DNA of 64,000 nucleotides from Spirochaetia bacterium (GCA_965203055.1 OZ241863.1:3360001-3424000), one strand, 5' to 3'; numbered from the stretch's first letter, positions 8,602 to 19,166 are shown. Translations and numbers: made by a program. Notes: generated by a model from the letters alone, not told the origin.

Positions 8602-9711
8602 GTGGCGGCGCGCGCCGAAGTGCCGTTCGCGGCGGTCGCGCGGCTGTGCGCGCGGCACGGGTTGACGCCGTGCGGGGTGGCGCCGGCGCAGCGCGACCCG
8701 GAGGCGGAGCGCGCCTATCGCGCGTGGCTGGCGGCGGGACGGCACGGGACGATGGCCTACCTGGAACGGCATGCGCCATTCAAGGTAGACCCGCAGGCGC
8801 TGCTGCCCGGCTGCCGGACGGTGCTGGCGGCGGCCCTCGGCTACTATCAGACCCCGGGCCGACGCTGGAGCGGTACTGATCCGGAGCCGGCGCGCGGCGC
8901 GGGAGGCGGCGCGGCGCCGCGCGAGGCTGCGGGCCGCATCGCGCAGTACGCCTGGGGGCGCGACTATCACAAGCTGCTGCGCGCGCGGCTGCGCGCGGTA
9001 GCGCGCGCCCTGGCGGAACAGTTTCCGCAGCACCGCTTCCGCGCCGGCGCGGACGCCACCCCCCTGTTGGAAACCCACTACGCGGCGGCGGCCGGGGTGG
9101 GCTTTCGCGGCAAGCACACGCTGGCGATCAATGGCGCCTGGGGAAGCTGGTTCTTCATCGGCGAGCTGCTGACCACGCTGGCGATCGAGCAGCCGCCCCG
9201 GCCCGCGCCCAAACGCTGCGGGCGCGGCTGCACCTATTGCATCGACGTGTGCCCGACGCGGGCGATCGTCGCCCCCTACCAGCTCGACGCGCGGCGCTGC
9301 ATCTCCTACCTCACCATCGAACACCGCGGTCCCGTACCGGAAGCGCTGCGGCCGGCGATCGGCGACTGGCTGTTCGGCTGCGACCTGTGCCAGGAAGTGT
9401 GCCCCTGGACGGTCCGCGCCCAGGCTACCGCGGAACCGGATCTGCTCACGTGGCGCGCGGGCAGCTCGCAGGCGCTGGCGCCGCTGCTGGCGCTGCGCAC
9501 CCACGCCGACCTGACCGCCCGCTTCGCCGGCTCGCCGCTGATGCGCGCCGGCCGCGACCGGCTGGTGCGCAACGCCTGCACCGTGGCCGGCAACCGCCGC
9601 GCGCGCGAGCTGGCGCCGCAGCTCCGCCGGCTGGCGGGCGACCCGGACCGCGGCGTGGCCGAGCACGCGCGCTGGGCGCTGGCGCGGATCGGCGCCGCAC
9701 CGCCGCCGTGA
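8602..9711 (+). CDS. queG: tRNA epoxyqueuosine(34) reductase
   Basis: YAWGRDYH, GSWFFIGELL, CxxxCxxCxxxCP, LDARRCISYLTIE, GCDLCQEVCPW. Confidence 0.93.
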   Translation: MAARAEVPFAAVARLCARHGLTPCGVAPAQRDPEAERAYRAWLAAGRHGTMAYLERHAPFKVDPQALLPGCRTVLAAALGYYQTPGRRWSGTDPEPARGAGGGAAPREAAGRIAQYAWGRDYHKLLRARLRAVARALAEQFPQHRFRAGADATPLLETHYAAAAGVGFRGKHTLAINGAWGSWFFIGELLTTLAIEQPPRPAPKRCGRGCTYCIDVCPTRAIVAPYQLDARRCISYLTIEHRGPVPEALRPAIGDWLFGCDLCQEVCPWTVRAQATAEPDLLTWRAGSSQALAPLLALRTHADLTARFAGSPLMRAGRDRLVRNACTVAGNRRARELAPQLRRLAGDPDRGVAEHARWALARIGAAPPP

Positions 9712-11168
9712 CCGCGCCCGCCGGCCCGGCCGCCGCCCCCGGCGGGGATCCCGCCGGCGACACCATCGCCGCCATCGCCACGCCGCCCGGCACCGGCGCG
9801 CTGGCGATCGTGCGCCTCAGCGGCGGCGCCGCGCTGGCGGTGGCGGACCGCGCCTTCCGCGGGCGCCGCCCGTTGCGCGCGGCGGCGACGCACACCGCGC
9901 ACTACGGCCGCATCCTGCAGCCTGCGGAGCCGCGCGGCGGCGGCGGCATGCAGCGTGACGAAGTGGTGGACGACGTAGTCGCCACGGTGTTCCGGGGGCC
10001 GGCCAGCTACACCGGCGAGGATACGGTCGAGATCACCTGCCACGGCTCCAACCTGGTGGCCGCAACCGTGGTAGCCGCCCTGCTGCGCCACGGCGCGCGG
10101 GCGGCCGAACCGGGCGAGTTCACGCGCCGCGCGTTCCTGAACGGCAAGCTGGACCTGACCCAGGCCGAGGCGGTGTCCGAGGTGATCCAGTCCGCCACCG
10201 CAGCCTCGCTGCGCGGCGCCCGCAACCGGCTCAACGGAGCGCTCGGCGCGCAGGTGGCGGAGTTGCGCGAACGGTTGCTGGACTGCGCGGCGCTGGTGGA
10301 GCTGGAGCTGGACTTCGCGGAAGAAGACGTGGAGCTGGCGCCGGGCGCGGAGATCGCCGCGCGCGTGGCCGAGGCGCGCGCCGCGGTCGCCGCCATGCTG
10401 GCGACGTTCCGCACCGGGCGCATGCTGCGCGACGGCGCGCACGTGGTCCTGGCCGGGCCGCCCAACGTCGGCAAGTCGTCGCTGCTGAACCGGCTGGCGC
10501 AGGAGTCGCGGGCGCTGGTCACTGACGTTCCCGGCACTACCCGCGACGTGATCCGCGAAGACCTCGACCTGCACGGCGTGCCGGTGCGGTTGCACGACAC
10601 CGCCGGGCTGCGCGCCACCGACGAGACCGTGGAGCGGCTGGGCGTGGAGCGCAGCATCGCCACCGCCGCGGCCGCCGATCTGGTGCTGTTCGTGGCCGCC
10701 GCGGACGAGCCGTTTCCGCATGCCGCCCTGGAACAGGTGCGGGCGGCGGCCGCCGGCGGCCCGGAGGTGGTAGTGATCGCCAACAAGTGCGACCTGGCGC
10801 CGGCCGCGAACGGCGCGGCGGCGCCGCGCCCGGCCCCGGAGGCGGCGGCCCTGGCCGTGTCGGCGCGGACCGGGGCCGGAATGGAAGCTCTCAGCCGCCT
10901 GCTGGTCGCGCGCACCGTGGGAGACCAGGCCGGCTCCGGCTACACCGAGCGCAGCGCCCTGGTAGCCAGCGCCCGCCAGCGCGACGACCTGCAACGCGCC
11001 GGCGCGGCGCTGCTCCGCGCCCAGGAAGCGGCCGCGGCCGGCGCCGGGGGCGAACTGGTGGCCGCCGACCTGCGCGCCGCCGTCACCCACCTGGAGGAGA
11101 TCGTCGGCATCGTGGCAGGCGACGACGTGCTCAACCGCATCTTCGCCCACTTCTGCATCGGCAAGTAG
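9708..11168 (+). CDS. mnmE: tRNA modification GTPase MnmE
   Basis: DTIAAIATPPG, SYTGED, GPPNVGKSS, DTAG, NKCD, C-terminal FCIGK; GTGA overlap with queG. Confidence 0.97.
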   Translation: MTAPAGPAAAPGGDPAGDTIAAIATPPGTGALAIVRLSGGAALAVADRAFRGRRPLRAAATHTAHYGRILQPAEPRGGGGMQRDEVVDDVVATVFRGPASYTGEDTVEITCHGSNLVAATVVAALLRHGARAAEPGEFTRRAFLNGKLDLTQAEAVSEVIQSATAASLRGARNRLNGALGAQVAELRERLLDCAALVELELDFAEEDVELAPGAEIAARVAEARAAVAAMLATFRTGRMLRDGAHVVLAGPPNVGKSSLLNRLAQESRALVTDVPGTTRDVIREDLDLHGVPVRLHDTAGLRATDETVERLGVERSIATAAAADLVLFVAAADEPFPHAALEQVRAAAAGGPEVVVIANKCDLAPAANGAAAPRPAPEAAALAVSARTGAGMEALSRLLVARTVGDQAGSGYTERSALVASARQRDDLQRAGAALLRAQEAAAAGAGGELVAADLRAAVTHLEEIVGIVAGDDVLNRIFAHFCIGK

Positions 11169-11194
11169 CACGGCTCAAGCGCGCGGCGTCGCCG

Positions 11195-11518
11195 TCATTC
11201 GACGAGCATCTCGGAAAGTACCGACTTGACGCTGGCGACGGTCCCTGAGCCGATCTTGCCCAATCTCCTTACGAACCTCCTTCGGTCTACGGTCCGGATC
11301 TGGTCCAGCACGATCCATCCCCGTCTACTCTGAAACGTGAGCTGAACCCGGGTTGGATAGTCGCGCGACCTGGTGGTCATGGGGGCGATGATCACGGTTC
11401 CGATGTACTCGTTCATGTCGTCCGGCGAGACCACCAGACACGGCCGCAGCTTCTTCATCTCATGGCCAACGGTTGGATCGAAGTTGACCAGAACGACGTC
11501 GTACTGACCGACTACCAT
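11195..11518 (-). CDS. mazF: PemK/MazF family toxin
   Basis: VNFDPTVGHEMKKLRPCLVVS...LDQIRTVDRRR. Confidence 0.92.
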   Translation of the reverse strand: MVVGQYDVVLVNFDPTVGHEMKKLRPCLVVSPDDMNEYIGTVIIAPMTTRSRDYPTRVQLTFQSRRGWIVLDQIRTVDRRRFVRRLGKIGSGTVASVKSVLSEMLVE

Positions 11519-11760
11519 TCGAAATCATGCAGGTCGAGATCCAGGGCATCATCGCTCAGCGGCCGGTCATCGCCGGCGGCTGCCATCCGCTTGAACGCGT
11601 CCTTCCACCCCGCCCGAGGCGTCCCCTTACGGGGCCGGAGCACGATCTTGTCGTCTTCCACCTCCAGCTCGAGCTCCTTATCGATAGCGCACTGCTCCAA
11701 TATCGCCTTGGGAATGCGAATTCCCCTGGAGTTCCCGATCTTGACTACGGTCAGCAGCAC
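11512..11760 (-). CDS. mazE: AbrB/MazE family antitoxin
   Basis: KIGNSRGIRIPK swapped-hairpin motif; overlaps the toxin start. Confidence 0.9.
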   Translation of the reverse strand: MLLTVVKIGNSRGIRIPKAILEQCAIDKELELEVEDDKIVLRPRKGTPRAGWKDAFKRMAAAGDDRPLSDDALDLDLHDFEW

Positions 11761-11795
11761 CGTCCGCCGCCTCCTTCGACATTCAACGTGACTAT

Positions 11796-11824
11796 ATTGT
11801 AATTACATTACATCCGTACCGCAA
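11796..11824 (-). promoter_or_regulatory. Sigma70-like mazEF promoter with an overlapping palindromic operator
   Basis: Minus strand TTGCGG-17 nt-TACAAT; perfect palindrome TGTAATTACA at 11798-11807. Confidence 0.7.
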
Positions 11825-11967
11825 GCGAAGCGGCCCGCCGGGCGCGTGCGACTTGCGCGCCGCGTTGCTGCTGACATCCGCTTCACCACGACCGATCAGG
11901 CGGCGTGACGCCGGTGTCGCCGCAAGTCGGCTTGCTTGGTAACATCGCGGGCAGGCAAGCGGAATCG

Positions 11968-13905
11968 ATGTTCGATCTGATCGTAATTGGCGGCGGACAC
12001 GCCGGCATCGAGGCGGCGGTGGCGGCCGCGCGCATGGGCTGCAGCGCAGGACTGGTCACCAGCAGCGCCGAGGCCATCGGCCGCATGTCGTGCAACCCGG
12101 CCATCGGCGGCACGGCCAAGGGCCACCTGGTGCATGAGATCGACGCCCTCGGCGGGGTGATGGGGGAGCTGGCGGATGCCACCGGCATCCAGTTCCGGCT
12201 GCTGAACCGCTCCAAGGGGCCGGCGATCTGGTCCTCCCGGTGCCAGTCGGACCGCGCCGCGTACGCCGCCGCGGCGCAGGCGCTGGTGGCGGCGGAGCCC
12301 GCCGTTACGGTCGTCGAGGAGACCGTAGTTGACGTGGTGGCCCGCAATGGGCGGGTGGCCGCGGTGGTGACCGGCGCCGGGGAGGAGATCGGCTGCCGGG
12401 CGCTGGTGGTGGCCTCCGGCACCTTTCTCGACGGGGTGCTGTATACCGGCCTGCAGGGCCGCGCCGGCGGGCGCTACGGCGAGCAGCCGGCCACCGGCCT
12501 GTCGCAGGCGTTCCGGCGCCTGGGTCTGGAGACCGGGCGCCTCAAGACCGGCACCCCGCCCCGGCTGCGGCGCGCCGGCATCGACTTCGGCGCGCTCGAC
12601 GAGCAGCCGGGCGACGCCCATCCGGCGCCGTTCTCGCGCCGCACCGACCCGGCCCGGTTTCCGCGCCTGCCGCAGGTGAGCTGCCACGTGGCCTTTACCA
12701 ACCCCGCCACCCATGCGGCGCTGGCCGCCGGCTTCGACCGCTCGCCGATGTTTACCGGCCGCATCCGCGGCGCCGGGCCGCGCTACTGCCCCTCCATCGA
12801 AGACAAGGTGGTGCGCTTCGCCGACCGCAGCCGCCATCAACTGTTCCTGGAGCCGGAGGGGCTGGACAGCGACCTGATCTATCTCAACGGCTTCTCCAGT
12901 TCGCTGCCGGCGGAGGTGCAGGAGGCGGCCCTGCGCACCGTGCGCGGCCTGGAGCAGGCGGAGGCGGCGCGCTACGGCTACGCCGTGGAGTACGACTTCT
13001 TTCCCGCCTGCCAAGTGGACGCCACGCTGCAGAGCAAGCGGTTGCGCGGGCTCTACTTCGCCGGCCAGGTGAACGGCACCTCCGGCTACGAGGAGGCCGC
13101 GGCGCAGGGCCTGATGGCCGGCATCAACGCCGCGCTGGCGCTGCGGCGCAGGGCGGACGGCAGCCGCGAGGAGCTGGTCTTGCGGCGCGACGAAGCCTAC
13201 ATCGGGGTGCTGATCGACGACCTGGTGACCAAGCCGTCGCGCGAGCCGTACCGCATGTTCACCTCGCGCGCCGAGCATCGCCTGGTGTTGCGCCAGGACA
13301 ACGCCGACCGCCGCCTGACCGCCTATGGACACGAACTCGGCCTGATCGGCGACCAGGCGATGGCGCGCCTGCGGCGGCGCGCGGAGCTGCTGGAAGCCGC
13401 GGTGGCCGAGCTGCGCCGCACGACGCTGGCGCCGGCCCGGATCAACGGCTGGCTGCGCGCGCGCGGCGCCGGCGAGTTGCGACGCCCGGAGAGCGCCGCC
13501 GCCCTGTGCCGGCGCCCCGAGGTGCGGCTGGCCGCCCTGCTGGGCGAAGCGCTGCCGCGGGTAGCCGCCGCAACCGCCGCCGAGACAGGCGCCGCCCCCC
13601 CGCTCGCCGCGCTGCTCGCCGATCCCGAGCTGCTGTCCGCGGCCGAAGTCGAACTGAAGTACGAAGGTTACGTCGCCCGCGAACGCCACAACATCGAACG
13701 GCTGCAGCGGTTCGAGGCGCTGCGCATTCCCCCTTCCCTCGACTACGCCGCGCTCGGCGCCCTTTCCCACGAGGGCCGCGAAAAGCTCCAACTGGTACGG
13801 CCGCGCACGCTCGGCCAAGCGAGTCGCATCAGCGGCGTCAGCCCGGCGGACGTCAGCATCCTGCTGGTGCGGTTGCGCGCCGGCAGCCGCGCCGGCAGCG
13901 CGTGA
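11968..13905 (+). CDS. mnmG: tRNA uridine-5-carboxymethylaminomethyl(34) synthesis enzyme MnmG
   Basis: GGGHAGIEAA, MSCNPAIGG, RLKTGTPPR, GPRYCPSIEDK, GQVNGTSGYEEAAAQG. Confidence 0.98.
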   Translation: MFDLIVIGGGHAGIEAAVAAARMGCSAGLVTSSAEAIGRMSCNPAIGGTAKGHLVHEIDALGGVMGELADATGIQFRLLNRSKGPAIWSSRCQSDRAAYAAAAQALVAAEPAVTVVEETVVDVVARNGRVAAVVTGAGEEIGCRALVVASGTFLDGVLYTGLQGRAGGRYGEQPATGLSQAFRRLGLETGRLKTGTPPRLRRAGIDFGALDEQPGDAHPAPFSRRTDPARFPRLPQVSCHVAFTNPATHAALAAGFDRSPMFTGRIRGAGPRYCPSIEDKVVRFADRSRHQLFLEPEGLDSDLIYLNGFSSSLPAEVQEAALRTVRGLEQAEAARYGYAVEYDFFPACQVDATLQSKRLRGLYFAGQVNGTSGYEEAAAQGLMAGINAALALRRRADGSREELVLRRDEAYIGVLIDDLVTKPSREPYRMFTSRAEHRLVLRQDNADRRLTAYGHELGLIGDQAMARLRRRAELLEAAVAELRRTTLAPARINGWLRARGAGELRRPESAAALCRRPEVRLAALLGEALPRVAAATAAETGAAPPLAALLADPELLSAAEVELKYEGYVARERHNIERLQRFEALRIPPSLDYAALGALSHEGREKLQLVRPRTLGQASRISGVSPADVSILLVRLRAGSRAGSA

Positions 13906-14552
13906 CTGAACACCGCGTGCGGGCGCTGCGCCGGCTCAGTCCCTCCGCCTACGTGCTCCGCCTGGAGCGCGGCGAGCTGGCATTCGAGCCGGGCCAGTAC
14001 GTGACCCTGGGACTCCCCGGCAGCACCGCCCGGCGCGAGTACTCCATCTACTCCGGCAGCGGCGATCCGTTCCTGGAAGTGCTGATCAAGCAGGTGGAGG
14101 GCGGTTCGGTTTCGCGCCAGTTCGCGCGCTTGACGCCAGGCGCTGCCCTGGAGCTGGACGGTCCGTTCGGCTACTTCCTCCTTGCGGAGGCGGCGCGCGC
14201 GCGCCCGCTACTGTTGGTGGCCTCCGGCACCGGCATTGCCCCGTTCCATTGCTTCGTCCGCAGCTACCCCGACCTGGACTACCGCCTCCTGCATGGCGTG
14301 CGCACCGCGGCCGAGACCTACGACCGCGGCGTCTATCCCGCCGGCCGCTACCGGGCGTGCCTCAGCCGCGAGCCGGCCGCGGCGCCCGGCGGGTTCGCCG
14401 GCCGCGTCACCGCCTACCTGCGCGCGCACCCGGCCGCCTCCGGTACCCTGTGCTACCTGTGCGGCAACAGCGAAATGATCTTCGAGGCATTCGACATCCT
14501 CAAGAGCGCCGGCATCCCCGCCGCCGACCTCTTCGCCGAGGTCTATTTCTAA
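13902..14552 (+). CDS. Ferredoxin-NADP(+) reductase-like FAD-binding oxidoreductase
   Basis: RREYSIYS, GPFGYF, ASGTGIAPF, YLCGN, C-terminal EVYF. Confidence 0.88.
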   Translation: MTEHRVRALRRLSPSAYVLRLERGELAFEPGQYVTLGLPGSTARREYSIYSGSGDPFLEVLIKQVEGGSVSRQFARLTPGAALELDGPFGYFLLAEAARARPLLLVASGTGIAPFHCFVRSYPDLDYRLLHGVRTAAETYDRGVYPAGRYRACLSREPAAAPGGFAGRVTAYLRAHPAASGTLCYLCGNSEMIFEAFDILKSAGIPAADLFAEVYF

Positions 14553-14583
14553 CCCGCACGGCGTATGGTATGACGAGATTGAA

Positions 14584-16056
14584 ATGACGCCTGACGAGAA
14601 CCATCCACAGGTACCGCTTGCGTTCCGATTCAAGAATCTTGGCCCCATCAGGACGGCGGACCTGGAACTTGGCGATCTCACGATCATTGCCGGGCGCAAC
14701 AACACCGGCAAGACCTACCTCACGTATACCTTGTACGGCTTCCTGAAGATGTGGAAGCAGTGGCCTGATGCCGACCGTTTCCTACTCGGGAAAGACAAGA
14801 ACGACCAATCTGAGAAATTTCCCGAGCTCCATGCGGTCGCTGAGCAACTCGTCCGCGAGGGGCAAGCCGACTTCCCGTTGAGCCCGGACGCGGTAGTGCA
14901 ACAGCGCGCCACAGTCATCCAACGTCTGAGCGACGATTTTTCGCACCAGGCGATGTCGGGTGTCTTCAGCATGGCCAATGAGTTCGATGACGCCTCTATC
15001 GAGATGATCGGCAACGGCTTGGAGGTACCCGCCGCAACGCAGATCCGGAGCGAAGCAACCGGCCTCTCGCTAGAGTACGACGGCAGTCGCGCCACCATCA
15101 CGGCCCATCACTCTCGGTCAAAGCCGGCGATTGATCGACTTGAGTACTACCTGGCCCACGATTACGTGGATTTCTTGCTCAACGGCGTGCTCCCTGATCC
15201 ATTCATCCTCTCGGCTGAACGCTTCGGGATATCCTTGTTCTACCGCGAACTCGACTTCACCAAGAATCAGCTCGTCGATCTTTTGCAGAGGATGGCCGAT
15301 GGCAAGAACCGTGAACGCACCTCGCCGTTCCTGTTCATAGATCGGGCTACCAGCCGCTACGCGCTGCCGATCAAGGACAACATCGACTATACCAGAAGCA
15401 TTCCCGACATAAGGAGAGACAAGAGCGACCTCCACAGGCTCAAGTTCTTCGACTACCTCAAGGACATGATGGAAGGATACTACAGCTCGTCGGGCGACGA
15501 GATACGGTTCATCTCCAAGTCGCGCGGGAAGGGACGCAGCTTCAACATCCCGCTGCACGTCGCCTCGTCGTCGGCGCGCGGACTGTCGGACCTCTATTTC
15601 TACCTCCGACACGTTGCCCGCAAGACGCACCTGGTCATGATCGACGAGCCGGAGAGCCATCTCGACACCGCCAACCAGATCCGGTTGGCGCGGCTACTGG
15701 CTCGATTCGTGAACGCTGGCGTGAGGGTGTTGATTACCACCCACAGCGACTATCTGATCAAGGAGTTCAACAACCTCGTCATGCTGAGCCAGCAATTCGC
15801 AGACAAGGAGCAGGTCGTCAGGAAACTCAAGTACGACTCCACTGATTTCCTGGAGCCGACCGCGGTTCGCGCGTACGTAGCGGAGAACAACAGTCTCACG
15901 AAGTGCAATGTTGATCGGTTCGGCGTCGACATGCCGATGTTCGACAAGACCATCGACGAAATCAACGACGCCGCAAACGAGTTGGTGTCACGGCTGGAAG
16001 AAGGGCATGTGGCGTGCGTGACGGGGCTTGCAGGGCCGGCGCAGGAGGGGGTATGA
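14584..16056 (+). CDS. ABC-type AAA ATPase (AAA_15/AAA_21, AbiEii/OLD-associated type)
   Basis: FKNLGPI, GRNNTGKT Walker A, SSSAR signature, IDEPESHL, ITTHS; visibly lower GC than neighbours. Confidence 0.85.
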   Translation: MTPDENHPQVPLAFRFKNLGPIRTADLELGDLTIIAGRNNTGKTYLTYTLYGFLKMWKQWPDADRFLLGKDKNDQSEKFPELHAVAEQLVREGQADFPLSPDAVVQQRATVIQRLSDDFSHQAMSGVFSMANEFDDASIEMIGNGLEVPAATQIRSEATGLSLEYDGSRATITAHHSRSKPAIDRLEYYLAHDYVDFLLNGVLPDPFILSAERFGISLFYRELDFTKNQLVDLLQRMADGKNRERTSPFLFIDRATSRYALPIKDNIDYTRSIPDIRRDKSDLHRLKFFDYLKDMMEGYYSSSGDEIRFISKSRGKGRSFNIPLHVASSSARGLSDLYFYLRHVARKTHLVMIDEPESHLDTANQIRLARLLARFVNAGVRVLITTHSDYLIKEFNNLVMLSQQFADKEQVVRKLKYDSTDFLEPTAVRAYVAENNSLTKCNVDRFGVDMPMFDKTIDEINDAANELVSRLEEGHVACVTGLAGPAQEGV

Positions 16057-16063
16057 CCTGCTC

Positions 16064-17836
16064 ATGGCAACGGAGATGAGGAGTTGGCGTGAGCGGATGC
16101 GCGGGCGCAACGCGGCGGCGCGGGTGGACCATCCGGGGCTGGCGTGGTGGCGCGAGGCGCGCTTCGGGATGTTCATCCATTGGGGGCTGTACGCCATTCC
16201 CGCCGGGGTGTGGGAGGGCGAGGAGGTGCCGGGGATCGGCGAGTGGATCATGTTGCGCAAGCGCATTCCCCGGCAGCGCTACGCGGAGCTGGCGAAGAGC
16301 TTCGACCCGGTGCGCTTCGACGCCCGCGCCTGGGTGGAGCTGGCGGTGCGGGCCGGCATGCGCTACTTGGTGATCACCACCAAGCACCACGACGGGTTCG
16401 CACTGTTCCGTTCGCCGTGCTGTCCCTACAACGTCGTCGACGCCACCCCCTTCGGCCGCGACCCGCTGGCGGAGCTGGCGCAGGAGTGCGCGGCCGCCGG
16501 CATCAAGCTCGGCCTCTACTACTCGCAGGATCAGGACTGGCATGACCCGGACGGGTCGCGCAACGACTGGGACTTCGACGAAGACGGCAAGGACTTCGCC
16601 GCCTATCTGGAACGCAAGGTCAAGCCGCAGCTCCGCGAACTGCTGACCCAGTACGGGCCGATCGGCCTGATCTGGTTCGATACACCCTACACCATCAGCC
16701 GCGAGCACAGCATCGAGCTGCGCGACTTCGTGCACCGCCTGCAGCCGGAGTGCCTGGTCAGCGGGCGGATCGGCAACGACGTGGGCGACTACGGCAGCCT
16801 GGGCGACAACCAGATTCCGGCCGGGCGCGTGCGCGCCGACTACGAAACGCCGGCCACCCTCAACGACACCTGGGGCTACAAGAGCACCGATCACCACTGG
16901 AAATCGGTCTCCACGCTGCTCCTGCTGCTGATCGACCTGGCCAGCAAGGGGGTGAACTATCTGCTCAACGTCGGACCCACCGCGGCCGGGGTGATCCCGG
17001 AGCCCAGCGCCGAGCGGCTGCGCGCGATCGGCGAGTGGATGGCGGTCAACGGCGAGGCGATCTACGGCACCGGCGGCAGCCCGTTCCCCTACGAGCACGA
17101 CTCGCTGCGCATGACCTGCAAGCCGGGCCGGCTGTTCATCCATCTGCTGCGGCCACAGGCCGGCCGCCTGGTGGTGCATGGGCTGCGCTCGCGCGTCACC
17201 GGCGCCGAGGTGCTGGGCCTCGAAGCGCCGGTGGAGGTCGCCCAGGACCGCACCGAAGCCGGCGCCGTCGACCGGCTCACGTTGAGCCTCCCCGACCTGA
17301 GCGCGGCCGCGCACGTGCCGGTGGTGGCGCTGAGCATCGACGGCGCTGCCGAAGCGGACGAGCTGGCCGTCCAGCAGCCGGACGGCTCCGTACACCTGCA
17401 CGCGCACCTGGCCGAGGTGGCGCGCGCGCCGGGGTCGACGCTGGAGATCCTCTCCAACGGCCTGACCGCCGGCTGGATGGATACCGCCAGCGCGCTGTCG
17501 TGGCAGGTACGGATCTGTCAGCCCGGTTCGTTCGCCGTGACGGTGGTCGCGGCGCCGGCGCACGGCACCGAGCGGGTCACGCCGCACGAAGTCGAGGTGG
17601 CCGCCGGCGGCGTCTCCGGCGCCGGCGGTTCCGGGGGCCGCGCCGCCGGCACCCTCGGCGATACGCTGCGCATCGCCACGCCGCGCGCGCAGTACTTCCC
17701 GGAGTTCGGCACGCCAATCGGCCGCATCACCGTCGAGGCGGCCGGCGTCCACACCTTCACCCTGCGGGCGACCAACGTCATCCCGGGTACGGAAGACGGT
17801 CTGACCGTGTTCGGAGCCATCCTGCGACCGTCGTAG
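16064..17836 (+). CDS. Alpha-L-fucosidase (GH29) with a C-terminal beta domain
   Basis: WWREARFGMFIHWG, TTKHHDGF, IWFD nucleophile motif, NYLLNVGP. Confidence 0.92.
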   Translation: MATEMRSWRERMRGRNAAARVDHPGLAWWREARFGMFIHWGLYAIPAGVWEGEEVPGIGEWIMLRKRIPRQRYAELAKSFDPVRFDARAWVELAVRAGMRYLVITTKHHDGFALFRSPCCPYNVVDATPFGRDPLAELAQECAAAGIKLGLYYSQDQDWHDPDGSRNDWDFDEDGKDFAAYLERKVKPQLRELLTQYGPIGLIWFDTPYTISREHSIELRDFVHRLQPECLVSGRIGNDVGDYGSLGDNQIPAGRVRADYETPATLNDTWGYKSTDHHWKSVSTLLLLLIDLASKGVNYLLNVGPTAAGVIPEPSAERLRAIGEWMAVNGEAIYGTGGSPFPYEHDSLRMTCKPGRLFIHLLRPQAGRLVVHGLRSRVTGAEVLGLEAPVEVAQDRTEAGAVDRLTLSLPDLSAAAHVPVVALSIDGAAEADELAVQQPDGSVHLHAHLAEVARAPGSTLEILSNGLTAGWMDTASALSWQVRICQPGSFAVTVVAAPAHGTERVTPHEVEVAAGGVSGAGGSGGRAAGTLGDTLRIATPRAQYFPEFGTPIGRITVEAAGVHTFTLRATNVIPGTEDGLTVFGAILRPS

Positions 17837-17981
17837 CACGCCGCAGAACGACGCGGCGCCGCAAACGTTTGGATCCGACCGTTTGCCACGGCGCGCCTTC
17901 CGGTCTATAGTTGGCGGACAGGTGGCCGGCCCAGGCGCTCGGTCGCCCACGAGACCGCGCAATTACAGGGGGTAGGATTAC

Positions 17982-19166
17982 ATGAAACGTATCGTTGCAG
18001 GTGCCTTGCTGCTGATTCTGGTTCAGGCCGGCGCCGCGTTCGCTCAGGAAGTCAAGCTGGGAGTGGTTCTCGGCTATACGGGGCCGATCGAGTCGTTGAC
18101 GCCGGCCATGGCGGCGGGCGCCGAACTGGCGATCGCGGAAGTCAGCGACAGCGGCATGTTGCTCGACGGCATGCGGGTCGCCTCCGTACGCGGCGACTCG
18201 ACCTGCGTCGACTCCGCGGCTGCCGTCGCCGCCACCGAGCGCCTCGTGACCTCGGATCGGGTCAACGCCATCGTCGGCGGCGACTGTTCGGGCGTGACCA
18301 TCGCGATGCTGCAGAACGTGGCCAAGGCCAACGGCGTGGTGATGATCTCCCCGTCGGCCACCTCGCCCGCCTTGTCGACCATCGAAGACGACGGCCTCTT
18401 CTTCCGCACTTCGCCGTCCGACGCCCGCCAGGGCCAGGTGATCGCCGAGATGTTGGACGAAATGGGCATTGCCGAAGCGGCGCTGACCTACACCAACAAC
18501 GACTACGGGAAGGGCCTTGCCGACAGCATCGAGGCCAACGTGAAGATGCTCGGCGGCGACATCACCATCTCCGCGCCGCATGAGGACGGCAAGGGCGACT
18601 ACAGCTCCGAGGTTGCGGCGCTGGCCGCGGTGGGCGGCGACATCCTGATCGTGGCCGGCTATCTCGACCAGGGCGGCAAGGGCATCATCCAGGCGGCGCT
18701 CGACTCCGGCGCCTTCAGTCAGTTCTTCCTCCCCGACGGGATGATCGGTTCCAGTCTGGCCGAAGCGATCGGCCCCGATCTCGACGGTTCGATCGGTACC
18801 GCCCCCGGCACCGACAGTCCCGGCGCGGCCCATCTCGACCAACTGGTCGAGGCCGCCGGTCACGAGAGCGGGCCGTTCGTGGGTGAGTCGTATGACGCCG
18901 CGGCCTTGATCCTGCTGGCCATGCAGGCGGCCGGATCGGCCGACAGCGGCGACTTCAAGGACGAGGTGATGATGGTCGCCAACGCCCCCGGCGAGAAGAT
19001 CTTTCCGGGTGAACTGGGCAAGGGGCTGGAGATTCTCGCCGCAGGCGGTGACGTCGACTACGTCGGCGCCTCGGCGGTGGAGCTGATCGGTCCCGGCGAG
19101 AGCGCCGGCAGCTACGCTCAGTACGAGGTGCAGGGCGGCGAATTCGTAACGGTCGGCTACCGTTAG
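17982..19166 (+). CDS. Branched-chain amino acid-type ABC transporter substrate-binding protein
   Basis: Signal peptide; ISPSATSPAL, FFRTSPSD, NNDYGKGLA. Confidence 0.92.
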   Translation: MKRIVAGALLLILVQAGAAFAQEVKLGVVLGYTGPIESLTPAMAAGAELAIAEVSDSGMLLDGMRVASVRGDSTCVDSAAAVAATERLVTSDRVNAIVGGDCSGVTIAMLQNVAKANGVVMISPSATSPALSTIEDDGLFFRTSPSDARQGQVIAEMLDEMGIAEAALTYTNNDYGKGLADSIEANVKMLGGDITISAPHEDGKGDYSSEVAALAAVGGDILIVAGYLDQGGKGIIQAALDSGAFSQFFLPDGMIGSSLAEAIGPDLDGSIGTAPGTDSPGAAHLDQLVEAAGHESGPFVGESYDAAALILLAMQAAGSADSGDFKDEVMMVANAPGEKIFPGELGKGLEILAAGGDVDYVGASAVELIGPGESAGSYAQYEVQGGEFVTVGYR

